Shown here piece after piece: positions 1 to 12,319 of a stretch of DNA of 64,000 bases (position 1 is the first letter of the stretch; the number at the start of each line of letters is the position of its first letter). The notes under the pieces are model-generated. The model searched no databases. It saw only the letters and a list, made by a program, of their open reading frames with translations, and was not told the DNA's origin. Origin of the DNA: an uncultured Gemmatimonadales bacterium (GTDB taxonomy: Bacteria; Gemmatimonadota; Gemmatimonadetes; Gemmatimonadales; GWC2-71-9); assembly GCA_963825055.1 (NCBI GenBank), contig CAWGSK010000012.1, positions 623,056-687,055 of the forward strand, written 5' to 3'. Made by a program: the position numbers and the translations under genes.

Positions 1-347
1 GTGTGATTGATGACCAGCTCGGTGATCACGTAGAGCCCGCGCCGATGGGCTTCGCGCAGGAAGTGGCGGAAGTCCTCCATCGTGCCGCAGTCGGGATGGA
101 TGTTCTCGTAGTCGGAGATGTCATACCCGTCGTCCCGGAGGGGCGAGGGGTAGAAGGGGAGCAGCCACAGGGCGGTGACGCCCAGGTCCTGCAGGTAGTC
201 CAGCCGTTCCGCCAGGCCGCGGAAATCGCCGATGCCGTCCCCGTCGCTGTCATAGAAGGCGCGCACGCGCGCCTCGTAGATCACCGCGTCCTTGTACCAC
301 AGGGGCTGGCGCTCAAAACTGTGCCGCGGACTCCGTCGCCTGGCCAT
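1..347 (-). CDS. treS: Trehalose synthase / maltose alpha-D-glucosyltransferase, N-terminal part (runs off the window)
   Basis: Not in the ORF track; manual translation from ATG at 347 gives [80 protein letters not shown]...ELVINH, a typical TreS N-terminus; downstream of glgE. Confidence 0.92.
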   Translation of the reverse strand, partial: MARRRSPRHSFERQPLWYKDAVIYEARVRAFYDSDGDGIGDFRGLAERLDYLQDLGVTALWLLPFYPSPLRDDGYDISDYENIHPDCGTMEDFRHFLREAHRRGLYVITELVINH

Positions 348-361
348 GCCTCGCCTTTCGT

Positions 362-2401
362 CTAGAGGTAGTAGTCGAAGTCCTGCTCCGTCCTGAGACG
401 CCGCCGCACGCGGAAGATGTGCGCGGGCACCGCCGTGGGTTCCAGCGCGACGTAGTTGACCGGTCCGTGCCAGAGGTAGCGGGCATCGCCCAGCAGGTCG
501 TGGACCTGGTAGGGATGTCCGGTGTCGATCCCCAGGTCATCCAGTGCCAGGGTGACCCATCCCTGCTGGGCACGGTGCGGATCCAGGTTCACCACCACCA
601 GCATGAGGTTCGTGCCGTCGCCGCTCACCTTGGAGTAGGCGATCAATGCCGGATTGTCCACCGGGTGGAAGCGCAGCGAGCCATTGCGATGGAACGCGGC
701 GTTGTCCCGCCGGATCGCGTTCACCCGCGTGATGAAATCGCGCAGGCTGCCCGGCTGGTCCAGGTCCCACCACCGTACCTGGTACTTCTCGGAATCCAGG
801 TACTCCTCGGTGCCGGGGACTCCCCGGACGTCCACCAGCTCGAACGCCGGTCCGTACACGCCGTAGCTGGCGGTGAGCGTGGCGGCGAGCACCAGCCGGG
901 CGCGTGATGCTGCCCGCCCGCCGTTCTGGAGGTACTCGTGCAGGATATCCGGGGTGTTCACGAAGAAGTTCGGCCGGAGGTACTCGCTGACCTCCGTCTG
1001 CGTGAGCTCGGTCAGGTAGTCCTCGAGCTCCGCCCGGGTGTTCCGCCAGGTGAAATAGGTATACGACTGCGAGAATCCCACCTTGGCCAGGTATTCCATC
1101 ACCCGGGGGCGGGTGAACGCCTCGGAAAGGAACACCACGTCGGGGTGCCGGTTCCGAACTTCGCGGATCATCCATTCCCAGAAGGCAAACGGCTTGGTGT
1201 GCGGATTGTCCACGCGAAAGATCCGCACCCCGTGCTCCACCCAGAACAGGACCACGTCGCGCAGCGCGGCCCACAGGCCCCGCCAGTCAGGGTTCTCGAA
1301 GTGGAGCGGATAGATATCCTGGTATTTCTTGGGCGGGTTCTCCGCGTACTGGATAGTCCCGTCAGGGCGATGGCGGAACCACTCGGGGTGCTCCCGCACC
1401 CAGGGATGGTCCGGGGCAGTCTGGAACGCGATGTCCAGGGCCACCTCCAGATCGAGCGCGGCGGCGTCACGGACGAACCGGTCGAAGTCCTCCAGCGTGC
1501 CGAGCTCGGGGTGGACGGCTGTGTGGCCACCCTCATCGGCCCCGATGCCCCAGGGGCTGCCGGGATCGCCGGGGGAGGACACGGGATTGTTGTTGGGCCC
1601 CTTGCGGTGGGCCCGTCCGATCGGGTGGACCGGCGGCAGGTAGACGACATCAAAGCCCATCGCGGCCACGTAGGAGAGCCGGTCAGCGGCGTCGCGCAGC
1701 GTCCCGTGGCGGCCGGGTTCAGGCGAGGCCGAACGCGGGAAGAACTCGTACCACGCCCCGACCGCCGCCCGCTCGCGCTCGACCTCCACCCGCAGCGCCT
1801 TATCATACCGGGCCGCGCGGGTGCGGTCGGGATGGAGCCGTGCAGCGGTGGCGACGGCTTCGGCAAGCGCGGCCTTTACCCGCTCATCCTGCGCACCGGA
1901 TCCGCCGAGCACGCCGGCCGCCTCGCGCAGGTCAGCCGCATCGGGGCCGGCCGCCCTGTCCGCAGCGGCCCGCAGGAGTTCGGCGCCTTCCAGCAGCTCG
2001 CTGGAGACGTCCTGTCCGGCCTCGACTTTCTTGGCCAGCCCGGCGCGCCACGTCCCAAAGGCGTCGATCCAGCCCTCGACCGTATACTCCCAGAGCCCCA
2101 GACGCGGCAGCACGAAGCTCCCGCGCCAGCGATCGTTCCCGAGGGGTTCCATGGCGGATTCCTGCCATTCCCCCTCCCCTTCCCGCCAGCGCAGCACCGC
2201 AGCCACGGCATCGTGGCCTTCGGTGAACACGTCTGCCTCGACCGTCAGTGCGTCGCGCACGACGCGCTTGACCGGAAAGCGGCCGCAGTCCACCTCCGGA
2301 CGGACGCCCTCCACCATCACCCGGGTGGGCGGCTGGGCCGGCGCGGCACGCCCGGCCGTGGCTGCCGACTTGCGGCGCGTCCCTGGCCGGGCATCAGTCA
2401 T
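362..2401 (-). CDS. glgE: Alpha-1,4-glucan:maltose-1-phosphate maltosyltransferase
   Basis: Motifs [50 protein letters not shown]. Confidence 0.95.
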   Translation of the reverse strand: MTDARPGTRRKSAATAGRAAPAQPPTRVMVEGVRPEVDCGRFPVKRVVRDALTVEADVFTEGHDAVAAVLRWREGEGEWQESAMEPLGNDRWRGSFVLPRLGLWEYTVEGWIDAFGTWRAGLAKKVEAGQDVSSELLEGAELLRAAADRAAGPDAADLREAAGVLGGSGAQDERVKAALAEAVATAARLHPDRTRAARYDKALRVEVERERAAVGAWYEFFPRSASPEPGRHGTLRDAADRLSYVAAMGFDVVYLPPVHPIGRAHRKGPNNNPVSSPGDPGSPWGIGADEGGHTAVHPELGTLEDFDRFVRDAAALDLEVALDIAFQTAPDHPWVREHPEWFRHRPDGTIQYAENPPKKYQDIYPLHFENPDWRGLWAALRDVVLFWVEHGVRIFRVDNPHTKPFAFWEWMIREVRNRHPDVVFLSEAFTRPRVMEYLAKVGFSQSYTYFTWRNTRAELEDYLTELTQTEVSEYLRPNFFVNTPDILHEYLQNGGRAASRARLVLAATLTASYGVYGPAFELVDVRGVPGTEEYLDSEKYQVRWWDLDQPGSLRDFITRVNAIRRDNAAFHRNGSLRFHPVDNPALIAYSKVSGDGTNLMLVVVNLDPHRAQQGWVTLALDDLGIDTGHPYQVHDLLGDARYLWHGPVNYVALEPTAVPAHIFRVRRRLRTEQDFDYYL

Positions 2402-5400
2402 CGGCTGCCCTCCGGGGACACTGGACTCGAGGGCGTGCGGAACACCATGACCGAGCGGCCCCGGACGCGGGCCCGCCCGCCGCGGCGCGCGGAGCGACGC
2501 GCCCAGTGGAGGCCGCCCGTGTCCAGAATGCGCTCCCAGGCCCGACCCTCGCCGGCCGGCGGGATGCTGAACGTGATGGTCTCGGCGCCTGCGTTGAGCA
2601 GGAGCAGGAAGGTGTCATCAGTGATCGGCTCGCCATCGGCATCCGTCTCCTCGATGCTATCGCCCGCGAGGCGTACCATCAGCGCGCGGGCATAATCGGT
2701 GTCCCAGTCCCGGTCGGTCATCTCCCGGCCGTCAGGCTCATACCACGTCAGGTCCTGCACGTCGCGGCCGCGAATCCGCCGGCCCTGGAAGAACTGGCGG
2801 CGCCGGAACACCGGATGGTCGCGGCGCAGGGAAATCACGTAGCGGCAGAAGGCGAGGAGGTCCCGGTCGGGCTTGTCGAGGTCCCAGTGGATCCAGCTGA
2901 GGGGGTTATCCTGGCAGTACGCGTTGTTGTTGCCGAGCTGGGTCCGGCCCATTTCGTCGCCGGCCACCAGCATCGGTACCCCCTGACTCAGCAGCAGGGT
3001 CGCCAGGAAGTTGCGTTTCTGGCGCTGGCGGAGGGACTGGATGGCCTGGTCGTCAGTCGGGCCCTCGACGCCGCTGTTCCAGCTCAGGTTATTGGATTCG
3101 CCATCGCGGTTCTCCTCGCCGTTGGCTTCATTGTGCTTCTCATTATAGGACACCAGGTCCTGCAAGGTGAACCCGTCGTGTGCCGTGACGAAGTTGATAC
3201 TGGCGTACGGACGGCGCCCGCTGCGGCTGTACAGGTCGCTGCTGCCGGCGAGCCGGGTGGCGAATTCGGACATCTGGCCGCCGTCGCCGCGCCAGAAGCG
3301 ACGGACGTTGTCGCGGTATTTCCCGTTCCACTCGGTCCAGAGCACGGGAAAGTTCCCGACCTGGTACCCACCCTCGCCAACGTCCCAGGGCTCCGCGATC
3401 AGCTTCACCTGGGAGAGGACTGGGTCCTGGTGAATGATATCGAAGAAGGCGCTCAGCTTGTCGACCGCAAAGAGCTCGCGCGCCAGCGCGCTGGCAAGGT
3501 CGAACCGGAAGCCGTCCACCCGCATCTCGAGGACCCAGTACCGCAGGCTGTCCATGATCAACTGGAGCACGCGCGGGTTCAGCATGTTGAGCGTGTTGCC
3601 GGTGCCGGTGAAGTCCTCGTAGAAGCGGGGCTCCCTCGGCGACAGCCGGTAATAGGCGGCGTTGTCGATCCCGCGTAGCGAGAGCGTGGGCCCCAGGTGG
3701 CTTCCCTCCGCGGTATGGTTGTAGACCACGTCGAGAATGACCTCGATCCCCGCGGCGTGGTACGCCCGCACCATCGACTTGAATTCGCGGACCGCCTCGC
3801 CGGGCGCCGGGTTGGCGGCGTACCGCAGGTCCGGCGCGAAGAAGGCGAGGGTGTTGTAGCCCCAGTAGTTGGTCAGCCCGTTGTCAACGAGGTGGCGGTC
3901 AATCGCGTGATGGTGCACCGGCATGAGCTCGACCGCCGTGACGCCGAGGCTCCGGACATGGCGGATCACCGGCTCGGACGCGAGGCCGGCGTAGGTTCCG
4001 CGCAGCGGTTCCGGCACTTCCGGGTGCAGGCGCGTGAATCCCTTGACGTGCAGTTCGTAGATGATCGTCTCGTGCCACGGGGTAGCGGGTGCGCGATCGT
4101 CCGCCCAGGTGAACGCGGTGTCGACCACCGCCCCGAGCGGGGCAAAGGGCGCATTGTCGCGCTCGTCCATGCTGAGATCGGCATCGGGCCCGTTCACCGT
4201 GTAGCCGAACATCTCATCCGCCCACGCGAGCGGACGCCCGATCGCCTTGGCATACGGATCCAGCACGACCTTGTTCGGATTGAACCGGTGGCCATGCCTG
4301 GGGTCCCACGGCCCATGGACGCGGTATCCATAGAGCTGGCCCGGGCGCACCCCGAGGACGCGGCTGTGCCAGACCATGTCCGTCTGCTCCACCAGCGGAA
4401 CCCGGATGGATTCCCTTTCCGCCCCCGGCCCGTCGAACAGGCACAGCTCGACCGCCGTGGCGTGCTCCGAAAAAATCGCGAAGTTCACGCCAAGGCCGTC
4501 CCAGGTGGCCCCGAGGGGATACGGGGTGCCGGGCTGTGTTCGCATCACGGGCAGGGCTCCAGTCGGGTATCGTGGGCCATCGGGCACCACGGCGGTGCCG
4601 GCCAGCAGGGGAAACCGGTCCAGCGGCCCGTCGACGGGAAGTCCGGGACGTTCCCGTCCCTCGACGGGCAGGGGGAGGCCGGCAAAGACGTCCTTCAGCC
4701 GCACATCCCGCCAGTCCTGAGGAAGAACGATAGTCGTATCGGCCCAGAGGCCCGAATCCCAGGGCCAGGCGTCCCCCTGCGCCAAGTGACCGGCCACGAG
4801 CCGGGGCACGGCCCCCACCAGGACCCGATCCCCGTGGCGCCGGGCGAACGCCAGGAGCGAGCGGGACATGGGCCCACGAACCTCGAGGGGCTCCCAGGTG
4901 CCCTCCAGGAACAGGCCCGGCATGGCGGAGCGAAGCCGCAGCAGGACGGCGTGGACCCACAGCTTGATGCGGCCGTCCAGCCGGTCGCGCCGAAGTCCCT
5001 CCAGAAACCGCTCGTCCGTCGCCGCCTCCCGGTCCAGGTGCGAGAGCAACTCCTGCCGGCGACGGAAGTCCACCGGGCGCCGGTTGTCGGGATCCACGAG
5101 CCGGAGGTCCCAGAGCTCGCTGCCCTGGTAACAGTCCGGCACGCCCGGGGCGAGGTGTCGCAGGGCGACCTGGGACAGGCCGGCCACCATGCCCGCATCG
5201 GCCACCCTTCGCTGGAAGGGCACGAAGGACTCGAGGAATCTCCCCGAGCGGGGCCCGGTGAGACAGGCGCGCACCAGGGCGGTCATGCCGGCCTCATATT
5301 CCTGGCCCGGTGAAGCCCAGCTGGTGTGCCGCTTGGCCTCACGCACCACCTTGCGCATGTATTCCTCGAGTCGATCCGCCAGCGCCTCACGCCCTGGCGC

Positions 5401-7461
5401 ATCCATCGGATCCCCCGGCGCGGGCCAGACCCCGGTCAACACCTGGTAGAAGTGGTACTCATCGTTGCGGTCGGGAAGAAGCAGGCCCTGGCGGCGCGGG
5501 GCGCGCACCAGCCGGCTCCACGCGCGGACAGCGGCGCTCCAGGCCTCCGGCATCTCGGACAGCACGCCGATCCGGACCCGGACGTCTTCGCCGCGTTTCA
5601 TGTCATGGGTCGCGGTCGCGAGCATGGCGGCGGGCCAGTGCTCCCGGCGGCGCGCGCACGCCGCGTGGAACTCTCCGGGCGCCATGCTGAAACGGGCGGG
5701 CTCGCCACCCACCTCATTGAGCGAGACCAGGAGGTTGTAGCGGTAGAACGCGGTGTCCTCGATGCCCTTGGCCTGCACCGGTCCGGTGTACTGCTGGAAC
5801 CGCCGCCGGAAATGGCGGCGCTCACGCGAGAGCGCGGTCGGTGCCACTGCCTCGCGCGGCGGCAGCAGTACGCGTTCCAGGAACTGCAGGATGGAGGGCT
5901 CCATCGTGGGATTGCGCCGCCGGACCCCGGCGAGCGCGCGCGTGACGGTCGCGCGGTCCTCCTCACTCGCCTCACCCCCCGCCACATAGGTCCGGTAGAC
6001 CGGGAAGCATGCCACGAGCTCCTGCAGCACATCCCGGAGGCTGTTGAGGGTGAAGTCCCGCGTCCGCCGGTCCATCTCCGAGAGCCGGTTGAGGTCGTGG
6101 GCGAGGACATTCAGCTCACTCGCCATGGCATTGGCCATGATGTGCTTCTTGGCCGCGTACGCGACATCCGCGAAGGGGGCACGTTTCCCGGTGAACTGCC
6201 GGCAGATGCGCCAGAGCGGCGTTTCGCCCTCCGGCTCCACCAGGACGGCCTGGACGTCGTTCAGGAAGTCGTACCCTGTCGTCCCCGCAACCGGCCACGC
6301 CACCGGCAAGGACTCGGCCGGGCCCAGCACCTTCTCGACCACGATCCACGGGGCGCCCGATGTCAGGCGCATGGCGCCGCGGGATTCCCTCGACAGGCGA
6401 TCCAGGTAGCCGGCCGGGTCGTACAGCCCGTCCACGTGGTCCACCCGGACCCCGGTGACGCCACCCGCCTCCATGAGGTCGAAGAGCCGGCGATGCACCG
6501 CATCGAACACGTGCGGTTCCTGCACGCGGAGGCCGCCAAGCTCGTTGATATCGAAGAAGCGCCGGTAATTGATCTCGTGGCTCGCCGTCCGCCAGTACGC
6601 CAGGCGCCAGTGCTGCCGCTGCAGCAGCCCGTGCAGGGCATCGAAGCTCCCCGGCTCACCCGCCCTGCCGTTCATCGCGGCGACCGCCTGTCTGATGCCG
6701 TCCATGAGGACGGGTTCGCGTGACGCCAGCGCGGCGAGACGAAGTCGCTCCGCTTCCGCCAGGGCCGCGCGGTCCTCCCGCCAGCGTTCTCCCTCCTCAC
6801 CCCGGTCCGGCAGCGATCCAAGGCGGGCCATGATGCTCCGCAGTTCCGCCAGTTCCGGTGATCCCGCCCCCCGGACGGGCGCGAGGCGGTCGAGGGCGTG
6901 CACCAGGATGATGGGCCATGTGGCCGGGCTGACCGGGAGGTTCAGCGCGCCGTAGTGCAGCTGGAAGGCGCCGTCGTCGAAGTCGAGACGGAGGCCCCCG
7001 TCCTCCAGCACGTCGCCGTACGGCTTGCCGAGTACGGGCAGGAGCACCTTCCCCGCGAGTTCGTCCTTGAGCGGATACCAGTCGATATCGAACGCCGAGG
7101 CCCATCGCGAAGCCGGCCCGTGCGCAAGCACGTCCCGCCACCACGTGTTCGCTCCCGGCTCGAGCCCGACATGGTTCGGGACGATGTCCGCGACGAGTCC
7201 CATCCCGTGCGACGCGAGCGCAGCCGCGAGCTGGTCGAATCCCTGATCGCCCCCGAGCTCCGGATTGATCCGGCCGTGGTCTACCGTATCGTACCCGTGA
7301 CGGCTGCCCGGGCGGGCCATGAAGAAGGGAGAGGTATAGAGATCGGTGATGCCGAGGGTGTGCAGATACGGTACGAGGGCCGCAGCTTCCGCGAAGCCAG
7401 CGTCCCGGTGGAGCTGCAGGCGGTAGGTGGCGAGAGGAATGCGGGCGGGGCGGTCAGCCAG
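2398..7461 (-). CDS. treY-glgX: In-frame malto-oligosyltrehalose synthase (TreY) + glycogen debranching enzyme (GlgX/TreX)
   Basis: TreY motifs ([47 protein letters not shown]) followed without a stop by GlgX ([43 protein letters not shown]) from ATG 4545. Start placed at CTG 7461 behind GAGGAG; the track's extension to 7527 translates a repeat array. Confidence 0.88.
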   Translation of the reverse strand: MADRPARIPLATYRLQLHRDAGFAEAAALVPYLHTLGITDLYTSPFFMARPGSRHGYDTVDHGRINPELGGDQGFDQLAAALASHGMGLVADIVPNHVGLEPGANTWWRDVLAHGPASRWASAFDIDWYPLKDELAGKVLLPVLGKPYGDVLEDGGLRLDFDDGAFQLHYGALNLPVSPATWPIILVHALDRLAPVRGAGSPELAELRSIMARLGSLPDRGEEGERWREDRAALAEAERLRLAALASREPVLMDGIRQAVAAMNGRAGEPGSFDALHGLLQRQHWRLAYWRTASHEINYRRFFDINELGGLRVQEPHVFDAVHRRLFDLMEAGGVTGVRVDHVDGLYDPAGYLDRLSRESRGAMRLTSGAPWIVVEKVLGPAESLPVAWPVAGTTGYDFLNDVQAVLVEPEGETPLWRICRQFTGKRAPFADVAYAAKKHIMANAMASELNVLAHDLNRLSEMDRRTRDFTLNSLRDVLQELVACFPVYRTYVAGGEASEEDRATVTRALAGVRRRNPTMEPSILQFLERVLLPPREAVAPTALSRERRHFRRRFQQYTGPVQAKGIEDTAFYRYNLLVSLNEVGGEPARFSMAPGEFHAACARRREHWPAAMLATATHDMKRGEDVRVRIGVLSEMPEAWSAAVRAWSRLVRAPRRQGLLLPDRNDEYHFYQVLTGVWPAPGDPMDAPGREALADRLEEYMRKVVREAKRHTSWASPGQEYEAGMTALVRACLTGPRSGRFLESFVPFQRRVADAGMVAGLSQVALRHLAPGVPDCYQGSELWDLRLVDPDNRRPVDFRRRQELLSHLDREAATDERFLEGLRRDRLDGRIKLWVHAVLLRLRSAMPGLFLEGTWEPLEVRGPMSRSLLAFARRHGDRVLVGAVPRLVAGHLAQGDAWPWDSGLWADTTIVLPQDWRDVRLKDVFAGLPLPVEGRERPGLPVDGPLDRFPLLAGTAVVPDGPRYPTGALPVMRTQPGTPYPLGATWDGLGVNFAIFSEHATAVELCLFDGPGAERESIRVPLVEQTDMVWHSRVLGVRPGQLYGYRVHGPWDPRHGHRFNPNKVVLDPYAKAIGRPLAWADEMFGYTVNGPDADLSMDERDNAPFAPLGAVVDTAFTWADDRAPATPWHETIIYELHVKGFTRLHPEVPEPLRGTYAGLASEPVIRHVRSLGVTAVELMPVHHHAIDRHLVDNGLTNYWGYNTLAFFAPDLRYAANPAPGEAVREFKSMVRAYHAAGIEVILDVVYNHTAEGSHLGPTLSLRGIDNAAYYRLSPREPRFYEDFTGTGNTLNMLNPRVLQLIMDSLRYWVLEMRVDGFRFDLASALARELFAVDKLSAFFDIIHQDPVLSQVKLIAEPWDVGEGGYQVGNFPVLWTEWNGKYRDNVRRFWRGDGGQMSEFATRLAGSSDLYSRSGRRPYASINFVTAHDGFTLQDLVSYNEKHNEANGEENRDGESNNLSWNSGVEGPTDDQAIQSLRQRQKRNFLATLLLSQGVPMLVAGDEMGRTQLGNNNAYCQDNPLSWIHWDLDKPDRDLLAFCRYVISLRRDHPVFRRRQFFQGRRIRGRDVQDLTWYEPDGREMTDRDWDTDYARALMVRLAGDSIEETDADGEPITDDTFLLLLNAGAETITFSIPPAGEGRAWERILDTGGLHWARRSARRGGRARVRGRSVMVFRTPSSPVSPEGSR

Positions 7462-7483
7462 GAGGGACTCCTCTGGATTGGTG

Positions 7484-7516
7484 AGTCGGCAGTCGGCAGT
7501 CGGCAGTCGGCAGTCG
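7484..7516. repeat. Heptamer tandem array (AGTCGGC)n
   Basis: About 4.5 direct copies upstream of treY. Confidence 0.9.
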
Positions 7517-7653
7517 TCCCTAAACATGATATGTCGTCATCGATCATGCTGTGACGAGTGGCACCAGCCCGGCCTGAAGCGCGCCGGCATCGTTCGCGGT
7601 GTCATCCGTGCCGCCGTGATTGTCAGTTCCCTCACGGGTGCTGCGCTTCCGCC

Positions 7654-10230
7654 CTAGTAATCAAAACCGAAGCTCACGTACAGGGCGGTGCGCTCCTCGT
7701 TGTTGGCCAGGGAGATGGTGAGGTTGTTCTGGGGATTGATGAACCCGAGCGACACGCCGCCGCCGAAGGCCGTGTGCCAGGTATCGGACCGCTCGCCATC
7801 GGCAAACACGCGCCCGACATCGCCAAAGCCGAACAGCATGAGCCGGACCGGGAAGATGTACAGTGGTACGCGGCCGACCGGAACGCGGAGCTCGGCGTTG
7901 CCGTAGAGTGATCCCTCGCCGGCAAACCGGTCCTGGGCGTAACTCCGGAGGTTGCCGACCCCGCCGAGGTAGGCCGCATCGTAGAACGGGAACTCCCCCC
8001 ACACGCGCCGTCCGCCGGCGCGGAGGGCGATGACGGGCGCCATCGGCACCGGCAGCGCATGGTAAGCCCGCGCCTCAGCGGTCAACGCCCCGTAGGCGGC
8101 GTCGAGATCCCAGACGGCGGGATAGTACTCTCCCGTGAAGGCGAGGACGGTGCCGGAGGCGGCGTAGTGCGGCGACTCGCGGGTATCTCTGCGGGCTCGG
8201 AGCTCGACACCGGCCTGGCCGACCGACCCCAGCCCCGCGGCGCCCAGCATGGCGAGCCGCCCGGCATCATCAGAGACCGTCCCGTAGCGGACGACGGGGC
8301 CCACCGAGAACTCCGTCCAGGGCTTCGGATTGTACGCCAGCGCCATGTGCAGGCGGTATTCGCCGCGGTCCACGCGCCACTCCGGTCCATCGCCGCCCGC
8401 CGTCGCGTTGCCGAAGCCGTAGAAGCGCAGGACACCCAGCTCCGACCAGGCACCCTCCATGCGCAGGTGCCAGCCGCTGGACTCCTGGCGCACGTCCCCC
8501 TCCAGGTTCACTCCCGATGCGTCATACCCCGCTGCATGCTGGTAACGAAGCTCCCAGTCGCTGGAATAGGGACGCTTGCGGAAGCCCCCCTTCTGGTAGC
8601 GCGCCCCCAGGGTGTACACGACACCCAGGTCATCCTCGAAGGCCAGGTTGACCAGCGGTCCAACGTACCCCCCGTGATCTGGTGGAGGAGGGACCAGGGA
8701 ATCCCGCCCCGGGACGAGCGGCCGGCGGTCGAGCGAATCAGGCGGACCGTACTCGATGCCACGGGTGGGACCCTCGTCGTAGAGCCGTATGTATCCCTCC
8801 GGCCGCGAGTCCACCAGGTGGTTGTCGCCGTTCCCGCCGATTACACGGACCACGATCGGCGAATGCCGGGCACCCGCGATGGTGGCGGAGTCGTCGCCGC
8901 CGTGCAGGTAGACCCGGAGCTGAGAAGTCTCTTCCGGGTGGAAGGTGCGGTGAAACCACCTCCCCACCCCGCTGCTGTCTCGCGCGTCGGCCAGTGACAG
9001 CGTCACCGACCCGTCGCCGGCGTATTCCACCCGGGCTCTCTCTGCCGCGTCGGTGGCATGAATGTCCACCACGCCCGCCAGGGACCGGTAGAATTTTGCG
9101 GCAATGTCGGGCAGGCCCGTCCTGCGGGCGCGGAGCTTCCCGGCCAGCCGGGCGGTGTCGGCCACGGAATAGCTGGGCGGCAGCTGTGCCACCGCCCGGC
9201 TGATCACGCGGTCGTCCAGGCGTGCCTGCAGCGCCCGGGCGACAGAATCGAACACCGGGCGTTCCAGGCCGGAGAGGAGCCGCCGGTCGAGCATGACACT
9301 GTTCAGCGTCAGGCCCTTGAGCGAGGGGTACGTGGAGTCGAATGCGATCAGCTTCGGTACGACGAACCGGCCGACCGAAATCAGGAAGCCGTCGAAATGG
9401 ACGAAGGCCTGGTCCCGGTCCCGCGGGATGGGAACCCACCGCAGGTGGTCGCCGGCGGGCCGCCGGATCCATCGCCACTGGTCGGCGTGACGGTCCCAGT
9501 CGTTGATCCACATGTCGAACAACCGCGCCATGAGATACGTGCGCGCGTCCACCTGGTGTTCCGGATCCTCGTTCAGGCGCTCGAACAGCTCCTCGGTCCC
9601 CACGATCTTTCGCGCGCCGCGGAAGCCGGGCGTGTCGTCTGGCCCCTCGTCCGGCCGTTGCTCGATCAGGCCCAGCATGCCGGCGAAGCGCTCCCGGAAC
9701 TCACCCAGCCGGGGGTCGTCCGGCATCACGCGCAGCCGCGGATTCACGTGGGGGATGCCAGTGGCGTCAAGCAGCTCGCCAACCACGAGCCCGCCGAGCG
9801 GGTACATCGAGCTCACCTCGTCCTGGAAGAGGCGGTGCACCAGGCTGCCGCGCAGGTCCGCCGGGACGATGGTGGTCAGGTCCTTGTCCACCGACCGGAA
9901 CACGAACTCCTGCCCCTCTGCATTCTCGAAATGGAGGGAACTGGTCTGCATCCCGCCGCCAACCTCGGTGGGAGTGAGGCCGCCGCCAAAGGTGGCGAGG
10001 TCGAGCACTGCCACGCGCACCGGCGTGTCCCAGGCGCGCCGATGATTGCCGCCGAAGAGGAACCGGTGGAAACCGCCTGCCCGGTACCGGGCCCCGGGCA
10101 CGATGGTGACGGAATCCGCTCCCGGCGGCGGGGGCTCATGTCCCTGGAGACGGTCCTGGGCGGCAAGCAGAGCCGGCAGGCACGCCAGTGACGCGGCGAG
10201 CAGGGACACAGGCAACGAGGGCACGGTCAT
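7654..10230 (-). CDS. Omp85/BamA-TamA family outer-membrane protein with large N-terminal soluble region
   Basis: Signal peptide from ATG 10230 (ATGA overlap with upstream stop); barrel motifs LRSYAQDRFAG, FGDVGRV, terminal YVSFGFDY. Confidence 0.8.
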   Translation of the reverse strand: MTVPSLPVSLLAASLACLPALLAAQDRLQGHEPPPPGADSVTIVPGARYRAGGFHRFLFGGNHRRAWDTPVRVAVLDLATFGGGLTPTEVGGGMQTSSLHFENAEGQEFVFRSVDKDLTTIVPADLRGSLVHRLFQDEVSSMYPLGGLVVGELLDATGIPHVNPRLRVMPDDPRLGEFRERFAGMLGLIEQRPDEGPDDTPGFRGARKIVGTEELFERLNEDPEHQVDARTYLMARLFDMWINDWDRHADQWRWIRRPAGDHLRWVPIPRDRDQAFVHFDGFLISVGRFVVPKLIAFDSTYPSLKGLTLNSVMLDRRLLSGLERPVFDSVARALQARLDDRVISRAVAQLPPSYSVADTARLAGKLRARRTGLPDIAAKFYRSLAGVVDIHATDAAERARVEYAGDGSVTLSLADARDSSGVGRWFHRTFHPEETSQLRVYLHGGDDSATIAGARHSPIVVRVIGGNGDNHLVDSRPEGYIRLYDEGPTRGIEYGPPDSLDRRPLVPGRDSLVPPPPDHGGYVGPLVNLAFEDDLGVVYTLGARYQKGGFRKRPYSSDWELRYQHAAGYDASGVNLEGDVRQESSGWHLRMEGAWSELGVLRFYGFGNATAGGDGPEWRVDRGEYRLHMALAYNPKPWTEFSVGPVVRYGTVSDDAGRLAMLGAAGLGSVGQAGVELRARRDTRESPHYAASGTVLAFTGEYYPAVWDLDAAYGALTAEARAYHALPVPMAPVIALRAGGRRVWGEFPFYDAAYLGGVGNLRSYAQDRFAGEGSLYGNAELRVPVGRVPLYIFPVRLMLFGFGDVGRVFADGERSDTWHTAFGGGVSLGFINPQNNLTISLANNEERTALYVSFGFDY

Positions 10231-11381
10231 TCGAGGTAGCTCGAGAAGGCCTCGGTCCCCCTGCCCTCGGCGTTCACGGTGACCACGCCGAGGCGGACCC
10301 GGCCGTCGTGAAAGATGTCGAGCCGCATGAATCCCGACTCGGCCGCTGCGTATTTCGTGTCCGAGCCATACTGGACCGCGGACACGTGACCGTAGTAGCC
10401 GGTGCCGCTCACCAGCAGGTGGCGGGCGTTCGAACCCGCCAGGACCTGGAGATCGTGGTCGTGGCCGCTGGCGTAGACCAGCGGTTTGTACTTGTCGAAC
10501 ACCTGCTCGAGCGCGTGCCGCATCTCGCGGTTCGCGGGGCCGGAGATGTCCTGCTCGCTGACGCCCCGTTGCCGCGCCATGGGCATGGCCGAGCCGAGGA
10601 TGGGCAGTGGGATCCAGAGCCACTTCCGGAACCGGCGGAGGGGGAAGATCTGGTCGGTCAACGGGAAATACCCGCCGTGGGTTCCCCCGCTCTCGAGTGG
10701 ATGGTGGCCCACGACCACGACGGCGCGATCCCCCGCCCCGGCGAGATCGGCCGCGAGTGAGTCCAGCACCTCCTGCGGCTCGTCGGCGCTGCAGGGGTTG
10801 GGGAATTCGGGAGAGGGCTTCTGCCACTTGTGCAGCCACCACTGGGTGTCGAGCAGCACCAGCCTGAGGCGCAGGCGGATATCCACGGCCACGGGCCCGG
10901 GACATCCGCTGGAGGGAAGCAACTGGGCCAGGGTGTCACCCGCGACCGTGATGATGGAATCCTCGCGGAGGATGGCGTTCCATCCGTCAGCGCCCATGTA
11001 GGCCCAGTCGTGATTGCCGGGGATGAAGATCGCAGGTGTCCCGGTGGTCGTTGCCACCCGCACCTGGCGCAGCAGGCGGCGCTCAGCCTCGTCGCGGTCG
11101 AGCGCGTCCGCGGCCGGAATCCCCCGTGGGTACACGTTGTCGCCGAGGAAGACAATCTCGGCCTTGTCCTTCATGGCGGTGGCCTGGCGGGCCAGTTCCT
11201 GAAGGACCGGGTCGTTCTCGGCCGGCGCGCCGGCATCGCCGACCAGGAAGAGGGTGGTCTCGACCTCGTCGGGCAGCGCGGCCACGACCGGCGGCGTAGC
11301 AGCCGGCGGGTGCCCTGCGCATGCCGCCACCGGCAGCAGCAGGAGGACGGCACCCCACTTCCAGTACTGCCCCATCACCAT
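10227..11381 (-). CDS. Exported calcineurin-like metallophosphoesterase (likely lipoprotein)
   Basis: GDAG, LGDNVY, PGNHDW, GHHP, SGHDH motifs; lipobox-like VAAC. Confidence 0.9.
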   Translation of the reverse strand: MVMGQYWKWGAVLLLLPVAACAGHPPAATPPVVAALPDEVETTLFLVGDAGAPAENDPVLQELARQATAMKDKAEIVFLGDNVYPRGIPAADALDRDEAERRLLRQVRVATTTGTPAIFIPGNHDWAYMGADGWNAILREDSIITVAGDTLAQLLPSSGCPGPVAVDIRLRLRLVLLDTQWWLHKWQKPSPEFPNPCSADEPQEVLDSLAADLAGAGDRAVVVVGHHPLESGGTHGGYFPLTDQIFPLRRFRKWLWIPLPILGSAMPMARQRGVSEQDISGPANREMRHALEQVFDKYKPLVYASGHDHDLQVLAGSNARHLLVSGTGYYGHVSAVQYGSDTKYAAAESGFMRLDIFHDGRVRLGVVTVNAEGRGTEAFSSYLE

Positions 11382-12319
11382 TCGCGGTAGACCGTCACCA
11401 TGGCCGGAGTCTTCGTGGCCTCGTCGGAGAGGATGAGGAGGCCATCCGGCGTAATGGCGATGCCTTCGGTCTGGCGGTGCTCCTTCGGCAGCTTCCAGAC
11501 CCGGAGCACCTTTCCCTCGGGCGTCACAATGGCCATCAGTTCGTCGATGCCGTCCACCATCACGTAGTTGCCCGTCCGGGGGTCCACCTCGATGCCCGAC
11601 GGATGGAACTCATCGTGATCTTCGCCCTTGAAGGCCGCGAGGGGAATGCGCATTCGCGAGAGCCGGCGGCCCACGCCCGCCCCCAGCTGCCACCGGTAGA
11701 TGACGACGTGACCCTCGAGTTCCTTCCCGTGGGTGTTCTTGCATGCAAGCAGCAGCGACTCGATGGCGGGCGCGTAGGCCAGTCCCTCCATCTCGCATTC
11801 CTTGCCGAGCCGTGTGTCGCGGATGGTGAACGTGACATGCTCGCCCTCGTCCCCCTCGGACATCTCGTAGAGCTCGGCGTTGCTGGCCAGCAGGTAGACC
11901 CGGCCGCGCGCCACCGCGATCCCCTCGAAATCCTCGTGCAGCATGTGGTTGCCCACCAGGAACTGCTTGAGAACGACGCCCTGGCGATAGTCGATCTCGT
12001 AGACAATGCCGCGCTCGTCGTCATGGGTCAGCAGGCGGTCGTCCGGCGTGAGGGCGAGCCCGCTGATTTCGTTGAGCAGGTCGGGCATCATCCAGCGCGC
12101 GATCGGCGCCCCGAGGCCATCGTGCTTCAGTACCCGGGCCGTGTCTCCCCCGGCGCTGTCACCGGGCGTGGCCGCCTGCCCCGAAAGGCTGTCGAACCGG
12201 GTTGCTCTCGCGCTCAGTTCGCCGTGGTTCACCGCGGCCACGGCGGGTCCCCGCTCGCGGCAGGCACCGGCCAGGAGCGACGGCAGGACCAGAAGCAGTG
12301 CGATCCGTCGTTCAGGCAT
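11375..12319 (-). CDS. SdiA-regulated (YjiK-like) beta-propeller lipoprotein
   Basis: Repeated EISGLA / DFEGIA / EGLAY / PSGIE / EGIAI blades; lipobox LAGAC; start moved to MPERR. Confidence 0.75.
   Translation of the reverse strand: MPERRIALLLVLPSLLAGACRERGPAVAAVNHGELSARATRFDSLSGQAATPGDSAGGDTARVLKHDGLGAPIARWMMPDLLNEISGLALTPDDRLLTHDDERGIVYEIDYRQGVVLKQFLVGNHMLHEDFEGIAVARGRVYLLASNAELYEMSEGDEGEHVTFTIRDTRLGKECEMEGLAYAPAIESLLLACKNTHGKELEGHVVIYRWQLGAGVGRRLSRMRIPLAAFKGEDHDEFHPSGIEVDPRTGNYVMVDGIDELMAIVTPEGKVLRVWKLPKEHRQTEGIAITPDGLLILSDEATKTPAMVTVYREW

Noticed and set aside
10231..10905. N-terminal extension of the 1083 aa Omp85 ORF
   Set aside because: Arg/Gly-rich off-frame translation overlapping the metallophosphoesterase; signal peptide begins at 10230
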